This document shows, one piece after another, positions 24,239 to 37,500 of a stretch of DNA of 64,000 nt (within the stretch, counting starts at the first letter, position 1; each line of letters opens with the position of its first letter). Source of the DNA: Haliotis cracherodii. Lineage: Eukaryota. Both the position numbers and the translations under genes were made by a program. The stretch lies in NCBI RefSeq assembly GCF_022045235.1, contig NW_027266275.1, positions 3,844,001 to 3,908,000 on the forward strand, in the 5' to 3' direction. The notes beneath the pieces are model-generated. The model searched no databases. It saw only the letters and a list, made by a program, of their open reading frames with translations, and had not been told where the DNA came from.

Positions 24239-27200
24239 ATTTGAATTGACAGGGAGCATATGTAATTCCAATGAATGGGTCCAGTATGACATGCCAAAGA
24301 GTTGAACACGTGATATTCAAAAATACACATTGTTTGAAAGGGCCACTGTAAAACTCAGGGAAGAAAATGACAGTGATTAATGGAGTTTAAACATGACCTT
24401 TTCTCTCTTTATCCTGTTAATAGTAACATGATAAAATGTTCTGAATTTGGTACTTAAACTATGGAGTAAACATTTCGGAGTAAACATTGTTGTACTTAAT
24501 GACACTGTGCCAGGTTATGAAGACATCAGGATACAGTGAAGAAATATATATGTATAAGATCTTTTAAATTATTGCTAGTAATGTTTGGCAATTTTTTTTT
24601 TTTTTGGTTGATCAAAAGATTGGTTTCTTAAAAAGGGGTACAATGTTTTTGACACGTTAGAGTGTTTTGAAGAATATGGTCCAGAACAATACTCAATATG
24701 TTTTATCCATAGGCACCTTTTGGACATATATATTTATATATACTTTCCATATTTTTGCTTTTAAGTTTTTTAAATATTCTTTTGGGATACATCTACATTC
24801 ATTTATGCGTGAGCTGCATTTCAAACATGTTTCTTGTGTTCAGTTAAAACCAATTTGGGCATACTGTGTCCTACGTTTGACTCTTGTCATATTGCAGGTG
24901 AAGAGACCACGCCCAAATTATCTTCCGGTTATTAACCATATTCTACTCTTAGTTGTAGTGTTAAGGGTGATTGTGGAACAGGGCCTAGGTAATTGGTTTT
25001 GGTATCCTGTGTTTCGATATGTGGTGATGATGTGAAGAGTTTGAAACTAGAATAAGGGAACTTAAAGATCTTCCGTGTATGTGATTGTTGCCTCCTCTGG
25101 TTCATTGTGTCCATTTGGAGATGAAGACCTCATTTAATTTAACAGTTGCAGTTGCATCTGGAGTTTTCACTATCCAAACTAAATGAATATGGAGACCTTT
25201 TATTTTTCTGGAACAATATTTGGCTCTGGGTAGCATTTTGTGCTTGACTAGTCAATACTGAGTTATGTCCCCTGAACAGGCTATGGGAAAAACATATGCA
25301 GACATCTGAAGGATTTATATAAATTAATCATATGATCTTACATATACCGGTAAGTTACAAGTTTCCTAGTTGAGCTGTCAAATGTCTTTCAATGATGGCT
25401 ATCATTGATACTAGTCACGTCTTTGTCACTGATATATTCTTATGAAGCCTCCACACAGGAACTGCCTAATGTGTCCGGCCACAGTCTGAGCACTGCCTCA
25501 GCACTTGCTCCTTGATGCGCTCACTGTACATGCATCTCAGCTCTTCTACGTGTGTTTCTGATAATTAAGATAACTGACATTTGTTTGGAAGCCTTGTTTT
25601 TGTTTGGCTTCCTGTGTAGGTGTAGTTGGGCCGTCAGTATTCTTTGTAGCTCAAGGTCACACATTTGTTATGTTTGTTTCACGGGCCCTACGTCCCAACT
25701 GAAAAGCAGCTGGAAAAAAAAGTTAGGCACAAAAATATTTAGTTTTATTATGTTTTAATGAGCAAACCTGTAGAATTCTTATGAAAGTTATCACATGTTC
25801 ATGTGAATGAATAGACTTTGTTAATTTAAACACTTGAATGTTGGACATGGCTAAAATGTGACAAAATATCCGATGTTAGATGTTTTCTAAGATTTGAATG
25901 AGAGAAAATCTTTAAAATTAGCTGATTCTCTTTCATTTGGATCACAAACTTGCTGATAGTTGAAGATTTTCGATTGAAGTTAAACAAGTATTTTGCGCAT
26001 ATTTGATACGTAGTTGTGTCATAATTCCAACACATAATCTCAGTCACATGAACAAGCCCTGGAGTAATCATGACAATATTTCAAGTTTGTAGCAAAGGTC
26101 AATTTTCAGTTGGTAATAATTCCCTTATCAGTGTTTTCAAGTACATGAGGTGTGTGTATGATACACCTGCAAAGTATATCAGGATTTTTGTGATAATTAA
26201 TATGGAGGTTGCAATACATTAACTATAATATAGCATTTAATGCCACACACAGCCATGACTAGCGTAACAATAGGTAGATTGGCTGCAGGTTTCACTTTAG
26301 GTAAGGAATGAATTACCTTAAAAGAACATAAGAATATTTAGCTGTGAAAGTATGGCCAAATAGCAATACTTGTCAAAGAATACTGCAATATTCTGGGACA
26401 CTTAGTTGCAATCCACCCAAACTACAATGTATTGTTACACTGTTCCAGGACACACTATTGTACTTTCATCTCCTAATCACCCATTTTACAAGTCATTAAT
26501 CCTCTCTTTATCTTCAGACTATTTACACAAATTTCTCATTTTGCCAATTTTTTTCATTGTTACGAAGTTGTTTCATCGTGAAGGATTTTAATGGATTCTT
26601 CAATCTTTTTCGAAATTCTTTGATAACTTGGTCTTGATTCCTTGAGTAGCATTACTTCCAATCTTTCCCTGAAATAATAATCCTTGGTATCAGGTTCCTG
26701 CAAGTAACATTAGACTAGATAAACACTTTACTGTCATCATGTTGAGAGAGACACCTAAAGATGCAGCACTTACTTATCCTGTTTATCTGTTTTGAAGATT
26801 GTCCAAGTTTAAGAAATAGTTTTTGGCTATCATCCAACATTTCAACTGTAATATTTTATTACATTCCTCTTCTGAAATAATAATCCTTCATATCAATTTG
26901 CAACTAACACTAGACTAGGCGAACACTTTGCATAATATCATATCATGTCATGTTTAAGAAAGCTGATTTAGCTGATTTGATTATCGAACATTGTAATATT
27001 GCTATGAAGTCGTTTTGATGTTGGCCTGGAACTGGGGGTTCCTCCCAGGTTGTGTCCAACTATATATCCCTTCCTGATGAAGAGCCTCCCCAGATAACAG
27101 AAAATGGACTGGTCCCCATGACTTTAGGACGAAAGTCACATACATGTTATTGTGATAGTTCTACCAAGTACTTTCACTTCTGTACCTGTATATATAGACG

Positions 27201-27461
27201 TTATGCCTGTGTGATGAGTCAGAGTCTGGTTTGCTGTGGGACATTCTAGTATGTGCTTGCTAAGCATGCTGAAGAAAAGTTTTAATTCCTGTGGCTTCAA
27301 GACAGTGTGTACATTTACTCTTTTATCAGTAAGATAGTATGATCAGTAAGTAAGATGTCATGGCTTGTCACGAACTACCTTGGGGTGATACTACAAACGC
27401 TTTGATAAATTGTTGCCACTCGTTTACTTGAAGTGTCCCTTTTGGTCCAGTTTATGACATG

Positions 27462-27621
27462 TGAGTGAGTAAGGTTTTACACCACTATTTCTAAGCAATA
27501 TTCCTGCAATATCACAGCAGGGGACACCAGGAATGGGAATCACACACTGTATCCATGTGGGGAATCAAACCCGGGGCTTCGGTGTGACGGGCGAACGCTT
27601 TGACCACTGGGCTACCCCACC
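27462..27621 (-). mobile_element. Short tRNA(Asp)-like SINE family D
   Basis: Reverse complement reads ggggtagcccagtggtcaaagcgttcgcccgtcacaccgaag...gggtttgattccccacatgg...(actc)n. Copies at 28072-28224 and about 15742. Confidence 0.75.
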
Positions 27622-28071
27622 ACCCCCAGTGACGACAAATGTACCACACCAGTGTGCCCTTCTGTGCATGTTTACACTCTGCCATCATACAGCTGGAATA
27701 TTGCTCTCTCAGCAGGTGCTGAGAGTTTGCTTGAATATACAAAACGTCAATAATAAATGCTTATTGTGGAGTTTGGTGGGTAGTGTGCAGTGTTATTTGT
27801 CTTTATTGTTCAGTCCAGTGTCAAACAAATCTGCACTTTGGATTTGCATGTGTATGTGAGTGTTAGTAGCAGACCAGAGCTCTGCCAACCTGAGCGGTGC
27901 TTTTTGTTTCTTTCACTGTCATATCTGTCAATTCATTGAATTACACTTGTAGGCATCGATACAATAGACACTGTTGCAGATGATTCATTTATTGCACAGA
28001 GATATGAACATGAGAAAGACATTTATATCCCGATACTGCAGACACGCCATTTCCTCAAGTGTGCTGACATC

Positions 28072-28224
28072 AGGGGCAGTGGGGTAGCCTTGTGGTTAAA
28101 GCGTTTGCTTGTTACGCGGAAAACCCACCTGGGTGCAATGTGTGAAGCCCATTTCTGGTGTCTCCTGCTGTGATATTGCTGGAATATTCCTAAAAGCGCC
28201 GTAAAATCATACTCACTCACTCAC
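28072..28224 (+). mobile_element. SINE family D copy
   Basis: ggggtagccttgtggttaaagcgtttg...gctggaatatt...actcactcact. Confidence 0.75.
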
Positions 28225-29182
28225 TGTGCTGAAATTATTTTCTCTGGAAAATGTGAAATATTTCAGGAAGGTAGAGTATTTGTACATTGAGACGTCAAGG
28301 TTGAGCTATAGAGTTCTGGGTCCAGTACCAATATATCCAGGTGATAGTAGACTGCCATGTGTCCTCAACCTGTCATGTAGCAATCTTTGAAAAGTGGAAT
28401 GTTGTCCTTAAGCAGTGCTCGACATTTTTCTCCTCGGATATATTGGATTTTTTAATTCCATTTCTCCACGATTCCCTCCTTGTACATCTTGCCAAACAAA
28501 GACTCATATTTTTCAGAAATGTAATGCCTTAGACTAAACAGGTCAAAGTATGGTTGACATAATATGTATCTGGAAAAGGAGGTGCTAGCATGCATGGTTT
28601 TATTGTAAAGTACACATACATAATATTCTATGTACGTCTGAACAGTGCATCTCAAGATTCTACTTACAGGTACAATCCGTGCCCCAGACTTCAGTGTCTA
28701 GTAGCCCGAAAATGGCCTCTGGCATCATTTTCAGTAGAATTAAGTGTTATTATATGGACTATTAGTAGCTGAGCTCACTGAAACAGACCTTTACTAGACT
28801 CGGGCTACAGACTTGTGGCTAAAAGTCGCAGACTGCATTTAACTTATGAATTGAAATGTCATGTAATATTTTTTACAGTTAATATTAAACTTAAAAGAAT
28901 TTTAAGTTTGTCACACATGGGTGACCTTTGATCGCTGCTTAATGGCTTGTAAATGACCCATGTCAGTGGACCTTCACCCAAATCAAATATTTCATTTTAC
29001 ATTTGAATTTCATAATGTTAATAACTATATGTCATATATATACCTTTCTCTTTGCGATACACATTGAATGAAATAAAAGACATCAAACTTAAAGAGGGGG
29101 TCTTGTTTCTTCTGAAATATCTAAGTGGTTCTGGGAACCTACATCTGGATGGTGCTAAGATCATGTGTCAATGATAGCCTTT

Positions 29183-29424
29183 GATACATGCCGGTACTAA
29201 GATACATGCCGGTACTAAGATACATGCCGGTACTATGATACATGCCAGTACTATGATACATGCCGGTACTATGATACATGCCGGTACTAAGATACATGCC
29301 AGTACTATGATACATGTCGGTACTAAGATACATGCTAGTACTATGATACATGCCAGTACTATGATACATGCCGGTACTATGATACATGCCGGTACTAAGA
29401 TACATGCCAGTACTATGATACATG
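29183..29424. repeat. 18-bp minisatellite GATACATGCCGGTACTAT (~13 units)
   Basis: Directly visible. Confidence 0.95.
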
Positions 29425-31360
29425 CAGTTGCTACATGCCGGTAATAAGACACTGCGGTGATACAGTCATTCATTATGTTCCTGTATCAAGTTCCCCAGTG
29501 AAATTTAAGACTTGTAGGCTATATGACATTTTTAATATGGCTACCTCTTTCTTGGAGGAAACATGGCAGCTTAATCAGTGAGAGGAGAAGATGTTAGCAG
29601 TGGACCCTTGGGGCTTGATGGACTGGCAGGTCATGGCAGCTGCTCTCTTGACCTTCAGCTCATTGTGAGTCCAGGGTGAAATATCGGAAGATACATATCC
29701 TTGTTGTACAGGACAACAGACATTCATCATACCTCCCTGTCAGAATGATGAGATCTGATTGGTCCACATGACCTAGATAAACTACTCTGTATTCCGCCTT
29801 GGAGGGGGGGGGGATATAAATGTCTCAGTGGGTGAATAAATCCCTTATACCCCGCCACGAGCAAGTCAGGCTGCACATGGATTTCTGAGAGGCAGTGATA
29901 GTCACGTGATAGAGCACAAGATAACCTCAGCTCAACTGAACAGCTGTTTTCTATCAATTTTGGGCAAATGAGTGCTGAGTTTTTTGTTTCAGGTTCTGAA
30001 ATAGTAACAGAAACACAACAAACATTGTAATCACTACAAGGCGTGGCTTTCATTGAGACGTGAACACAGTAAATAGTAAACTGACACCAATGTCCGAAGT
30101 ATTAGTTTATTGTTACGCCATATCCACTGACACACATGTACATTATACACCAACTGAAACTAGACTGGACAATACCATATATACATCCACTTATCAGAGG
30201 ACATGTACATCATACAACTGAGCTGGCCACAACTTACACAGTACAACACAGTACAAACTGCTAGTGTATTCGTGACAGCAGCCTTATACAGCAACTGATG
30301 CCAACAAAACAATCATATACGCCCCATTGGCTGGCCACAGCCTACTTCGTAGTAATTAGGGCTGGAACCAGTCCAAATATAATACCCAGGTAACCACCAC
30401 CCTATTACCCGACCCTACCCAGGTACCCACTGTAGATATCAAGAGATAGGTACAAACCGACCGATAGGGAAAAGGTTGATCGTAGCCCTGGTAAAATGTA
30501 TTTAGATACATGCATAAAACGATCTGGTCATTCAGACACTGAAGTTTACTGCATGAAGTTTTATCTTTATTCAAACATATAAAAGTCAGAAGGAATGGGT
30601 ACATTGTCAGAAAGAAATGGGAACATTACCTAGTAGAATACGATACGATGACATGCATCAACCAGTCAGCAAGCCTGACCACCAGATCCCGTTAGTCGCT
30701 TCTTACAACAAGCATAGTCGGTGGTATCCAAGAGGTTCAGCAGATTGAAGACCCAGATCCAACTCCCCACTTGGCTACAATGTGTGCCGCCCATTCTAGG
30801 CACCCTCCGTTAACGGAGCCTTGTGGCTGGAATACAGTTTGTGTACGGGCAAGACACTTATGACAAAGGGAAACAATTTCAGGGGAGGTTACTCTTGTAT
30901 GACAATAGTTCCGTCAAAGTGTTATGTCCCTGCAGTCTTTCACACTGAAATGTATAATAAATCCCACTCCTCTCTCCATTATGCATCCTTTGCCATGACA
31001 AAGATGTGAAGGAAAGTGTCACCAACACTACTCTGGTGGTTTTCACTGCTGCCTTGGATATGTTTGCCTGTATGGCTACTTCATGTTGACTAGCTATTGA
31101 GTTTTGGTCTGGTTGGAATAGTCTGCTCAACTTGTGATGTCATCAGTCAACTTACAATCAAACTGCGGTCACATGAGTCTGGAAATTACTGACTGAAGAC
31201 TTGGGCAGTGGGAATCATTGCCGTGTGTCTAAACACATCCTGTTTGCCATCTGGTAATGGAAGCCATGAAGTGTTTTTCTTCCCCTTTCTTTAATGTCAC
31301 ATTAAAAGCCTTCCAATCACAGATGTGACAAGATGAAGGCGAGGGCGAGGGCGACATATC

Positions 31361-31577
31361 AAACACTTTCCCCGGCTGGATGAGACAAGATGGAGGCTGT
31401 GTTCAGGGAAGCAGGTGGCACATTAAACACCTTCCCCGGCTGGGTGAGACAAGATGGAGGCTGTGTTCAGGGAAGCAGGTGGCACATTAAACACCTTCTC
31501 CAGCTTGGTGAGACAAGATGGAGGCTGTGTTCAGGGAAGCAGGTGGCACATTAAACACCTTCCCCGGCTGGGTGAGA
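31361..31577 (-). repeat. 64-bp tandem repeat (~3.4 units) overlapping the HAP40 stop codon
   Basis: aaacaccttccccggctgggtgagacaagatggaggctgtgttcagggaagcaggtggcacatt at 31361, 31425, 31489 and 31553. Confidence 0.9.
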
Positions 31578-34500
31578 GAGTTCCTGGATAACAAGATGGA
31601 GGATCTGGTTCTGCTCTGTGTTGAGGTACGGCCACAGATCTGTCTGGAGTGCCTGAAGGCATCCCAGGTCATGTGACTGACAAGCCATCTGTAAATTAAC
31701 AGTCAATTTAATATTTCTTTAGGTAGAGAACACATTTCTCATGTTTCAGAATAAGTTAGTGTTAAAACTTCACAAACGTTTTCAGAATGAAATACTGCCA
31801 GGTTAGTTACACTTGCACATTAGACAGACAACCTAATCCATCACCTGATGATACAGCTATTAACTTGCTTAAGTGAGAGAGTTGTATTTTATGCGACACT
31901 GAACAATACTGCAGTTATGTGATGACTTGACACTTAAGACTTGCTGCCACCCATGAGTACAGGATGGTGCTGACAGACAACGGATTACTTAACGCCAAAG
32001 CTGGGAGTCGAACCTACAATCAGGGATCTTGGGATGGTTAAGGGAGACAACTCTGCATAGCAATCTGTTTGAGACCTCCCAAGACCCTCCCAAATTCTTG
32101 TTTTCTTCACAGTGTTCCCAAAATCCTGTAGGAGCATTTTGTTCTAAAATGTTGCAAAGCTACTGACTTACCACAACTGATTGTAGAAGAAGAAACAAGT
32201 CCTCGCCCAGGTATTGCACTGTAAAGATGATGATACTGCAGTTAAACACCTAGAAGGGCATTGCACTTGGGATGTAGGTCAATCATTCACTACCATTTCA
32301 GTGTATCATCAAACAGTCCCACACAATTTATACATTTTTCACATTGAAACAACCTTTCCATGATGTTAAATGAACAGGTTTGAAGTTTACTCAACTTGTT
32401 GCCATGTTCTAGTTGTTGACAAGCCTCACTTGTTTCTCGTTCCTGCTGACTTACCTGTAAAGTTGTCTTCTGTTGTTTCCCATGCATACTTCTCTAAAGT
32501 CTGAGCATGCTCAGGGCGGATTCTTTGGGGAGTGGGCTGAAATTAACATACACAAAACATCAAACTACATCTAGTCTCTGAAATGAACATATTTAACAGA
32601 AAAAAAACAGTTGTTAAATTATCTTTAAAAAATATAACAAAAAGGAGCCTGGGGATTCTCTAAACAAATCTGCAGCTATAATTGCTAGGAATTTCACAAC
32701 ATGTGTAAACATTCTTATCACCCATCACTGACATGTCACTGAAAGTGTGTGTAACAGGAATATGTATTGCCCCCACCAGGGCAGGGCAGGGCAGGGCAGG
32801 GCAGGGCAGGGCAGGGCAGGGCCGGGCTCAGTGTGGGGTCTTGGGGAGTGGTGGGGAAGGCTCACCATGTGCTAATACTAAACACTAATGACAGCCAGAG
32901 ATTGACTGATGATTACAAGCTCTGTGCTCACTTGTGAATTCAGCAGATTTGTAAAGACCCTGAGACTGCAGTAATCTAGACTTGCCAAACATTATAGACT
33001 TGTATGGATTGCTTTTGATGTATTTGTTTCAAGGTCTGTATGACAAACTAACGAAACATGTACAAATATATATACATAGCATAACATGTATTAACCCTTT
33101 GAAATGTCTCTCTCATGATTTTCGTAAATTGGGTTATAATACAGGAATCTTAGTATTTTGTATGTCACATACTTAGCCTGCTATGGCAGTGTGCAACTTG
33201 CTTCTTATGGTCAATATCCCAACAACATAAAAACAGCACGCCCGAAAACACCCAGAACTATGTCATGCATGGAGCTGGCTGTTTCCGCCTACAATCAAGA
33301 AATCTGTGGCACCTTCGACCACCTACACAGGACAACCCTTGACGATAAAGGTGAGAATTGGTCATCAGCAATCCATGCTTGTTGTAAAAGGCAACTAACG
33401 AGATCAGGTGACCAGACTGTCTGACTTGGTTGATGCATGTCATTGTATCCCAACTGTGTGGATCAATCCTCATGATGTGAATCCCTGGATTGTCTGGTCC
33501 ATACTTGATTATTTACAGACCCCCGTCATATAGCTGGAATATTATGCATTCAACAAACAAAGAACATATTACAGCCTATTTCACAAGTACCTGCAACAGC
33601 ATAAGAAGCAGCACCCGAGTCACCTCGCACCGGGACAGGATGTCACAATAGGCTCCAATCGGCTTCCCTGTTGCGGAGGACCCTGCAACCACAGATATTG
33701 AACACCGTAAGGCAGGGGGGAAACTGTCAGCCTCACAGGTCATGCCTTCTGTCAGCTCCAATACGTCTGGGACATGACAATATAACCACATCAACATGTT
33801 GACGTAATGATCACCATTAACTCAGCACATCAGGCAAGTTTGTGTTCCCGACAAAACCAGATCTGGACGTGTCTGCAACTATGGTTAGCTTCATGGGGAC
33901 TTTATTTAAATGAGGTTTCCTTGTAGTTTGATGTCGTCATGGACAGTTGGATTTTGACACTGGACGTCCTTATAATCAGAATAGGTTACCCAAAACTTGA
34001 GCAATTAAACTTGGAAATCTTTCACTGGTAAACTGAAATACATCATACAGTTTGAACGAGCAGACTATACTGGCATGACCCAAGTCTCCTTTCAATACTT
34101 GTTTGTTTGTTGTTTAACGCCACACTCAGCAATATTCCAGCTATATGAGCGCGGTCTCTAAACAATCAAGCCTGGACCAGACAGTCTAGTGACTGACATC
34201 ATGAGCATCGCTCTACGCAGTTTGGATACGATGACATGCATCAACCAAGTCAGTGAGGCTTACTACCCGATCATGCACCTTTAATACTAGGTGAGCTGAG
34301 GTAGAAATAAATGCATTGAGCCTTGCAGAAAGTCTATATCACAACGAACATCCTAAATGCAATGTGAAATCATGTGGATATCTACTCTACCCATTCCAAC
34401 CTACCTCCCCTCTCTTGAGCCAGATACGCCATTTCAGTGAGGACAGCCAGGGATCCTTCATAGTCTTCTGTTGAGATCAAGACAGTACAACACATAGAAA

Positions 34501-37500
34501 CATAGTGATGGCACCTTGTGAATACCAAGACAGTACAACACATAGAAACATAGTGATGGCACCATGTGAATACCAAGACAGTACAACACATAGAAACATA
34601 GTGATGGCACCTTGTGAATACCAAGACAGTACAACACATAGAAACATAGTGATGGCACCTTATGAATACCAAGACAGTACAACACATAGAAACATAGTGA
34701 TGGCACCTTGTGAATACCAAGACAGTACAACACATAGAAACATAGTGATGGCACCATGTGAATACCAAGACTTTTGATGGTTGTATAACTATTGTATATC
34801 GCGATGTATAAGGCAAGGTTTTCGTACCTAGGATTAGGAAGCTTTCAAGGGTATACAGGTCTAAGGAACTTCTGGCAGTATGAAACAAACCCATTGGAAT
34901 AATTTCTCCCTTTAAAGACATATATTTTATGATAAAGACTCATTTTGGTCAACTTTTTAAAAAGTAAGATATTTTTACATTGTTAAAAATATACATTAGT
35001 TTTTGTTACTTGTGTCAATCTTGGCAATGGCGACCATCTCCAAGGCATCCAGACAGTCCAAGGGACTCTGTAAACAATACATGATACACATCATAATAAC
35101 ACCCTTGTGGTAACAATAAACAGCCGATCAGTGGGACGTTTCTGCTGTGTTCAGTACATATGCCTTACATCAACAGAGGTACAGAAGCTCACCTATATTC
35201 CGGGATATTAAACTTGTGTTGTGAGCATGTGCTGTGCCAGACAATTTGTCTTAAAAGACAAAGACAGTTTTATACTTTTGATAGAAGCCTCCTCTGGTGT
35301 AGAATACAATTGCGAAAAAAAACTACATTGTTCATTAAAAATTACATAGAATATATGTTAAAATCACATGACTAAATACTTGGACATGACAAAATGATGT
35401 TCATTAATATATTTCAAGTTTCATTTTGTGATACTCAGGGATAGGGATATATTAACAGAGAGGTTGACCGATCAGACAAAAATAATGCCCGTCTTTCTTG
35501 TGTATAACCAAGCCTCACTTATTCAGATATATGGGTTCACTTTTGGATCACTGGCTCCGGCAACAATTAAACGAGGACCTATTCTGCTTGTGAGTTATTG
35601 CTTGTAATGTACAAGTGATCGAGTCGTACCTGTGATTGCAGCTCTGCCGCTCTTTGGAAGTGGCCCATCGCTTCGACTTGCTTGTTCAATTTCTGAATAA
35701 GATTACACAGTGATTTATAAAAAAACACAGTATCAGCAATATACGTGATATGAAAACATGTCAGTGTATGTTCAGTGAATTGAAGATAATATGTGTTGAA
35801 GTAAGGACTATCACATATCACCTACAAGCTGATCTGTAGAATTATCTTCCTCAGCTTTACATCGCGTATGTGATGTGTTCCTCAGCTTTACATCATGTGT
35901 GTGATGTGTTCCTCAGCTTTACATCATGTGTGTGATGTGTTCCTCAGCTTTACATCATGTGTGTGATGTGTTCCTCAGCTTTACATCATGTATGTGATGT
36001 GTTCCTCAGCTTTACATCATGTATGTGATGTATTCCTCAGCTTTACATCATGTGTGTGATGCGTTCCTCAGCTTTACATCATGTATGTGATGTATTCCTC
36101 AGCTTTACATCATGTATGTGATGTATTCCTCAGCTTTACATCATGTGTGTGATGTGTTCCTCAGCTTTACATCATGTGTGTGATGTGTTCCTCAGCTTTA
36201 CATCATGTGTGTGATGTGTTCCTTAGCTTTACATCATGTATGTGATGTGTTCCTCAGCTTTACATCATGTATGTGATGTATTCCTCAGCTTTACATCATG
36301 TGTGTGATGTGTTCCTCAGCTTTACATCGTGTATGTGATGTATTCCTCAGCTTTACATCATGTGTGTGATGTATTCCTCAGCTTTACATCATGTATGTGA
36401 TGTGTTCCTCAGCTTTACATCATGTGTGTGATGTGTTCAGTATGTATATAAGTGAGTGACTCATCAAAAAGGCAATATACATCTGTCCAGTAAAAACAAT
36501 ATTCTTACTCTACATTCAATGACAACAAAGTTCCTGAAAATAAATATACCACATTCGCCGTATTAAGGGCCTGCTGAATTAAGTGCCCCTGACCGACTTC
36601 TAGACCATTATGTAATCAATCTTTATGAACATCTTGTACTAAGCATGCTAATTGGAGATTTCTTTCTTGTGTACATTACAGGTCTCTTTACAGAAAAGGC
36701 AGCAGTTTAAAAGGGGTATGTAACTGCCTAATTATTATTATCAAACTCTGTTTCTAATGGTCGGTCTCTGACAAGAAATTTAACTTGATAAGCGCCTTTG
36801 TCCATTTTGTATGTGCCCGGCGCACTAATTACAATATATACAGTATCACAAATCATGTATCAAAACCAATTTAAATAATGTTACTTGTGACTAAAATCAT
36901 GATTTTTTAATGAAATAGACAGGTTTGTTCTGCACATAATCATTTAGATGATAGGCCGGTTGTGTGTGTATAACTTAGATGATAAGCCAGTTGTGTGTGT
37001 ATCACGTAGATGATAAGCCGGTTGTGTGTGTATCACGTAGATGATAAGCCGGTTGTGTGTGTATCATGTAGATGATAAGCCGGTTGTGTGTGTATCATGT
37101 AGATGACAAGCCGGTTGTGTGTGTATCACATAGATGACAAGCCGGTTGTGTGTGTATCACATAGATGACAAGCCGGTTGTGTGTGTATCACGTAGATGAT
37201 AAGCCGGTTGTGTGTGTATCACGTAGATGATAAGCCGGTTGTGTGTGTATCACGTAGATGATAAGCCGGTTGTGTGTGTATCACGTAGATGACAAGCCAG
37301 TTGTGTGTGTATCATGTAGATGACAAGTCGGTGGTGTGTGTATCATGTAGATGACAAGCCGGTTGTGTGTGTATCACGTAGATGATAAGCTGGTTGTGTG
37401 TGTATCACATAGATGATAAGCTGGTTGTGTGTGTATCATGTAGATGACAAGCTGGTTGTGTGTGTATCATGTAGATGACAAGCCGGTTGTGTGTGTATCA

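Noticed and set aside
27074-27110. CTGATGA...GAAA hammerhead-like string
   Set aside because: No stem II pairing and no NUH cleavage triplet in position.
29139-29473. Repetitive ORFs (STGMYH)n / (IHAGTM)n
   Set aside because: The 18-bp minisatellite is open in several frames on both strands, with no gene context.
29780-30830. Segment reminiscent of DIRS/Ngaro non-coding ends
   Set aside because: No RT or tyrosine-recombinase motif and no second copy in the window to support the call.
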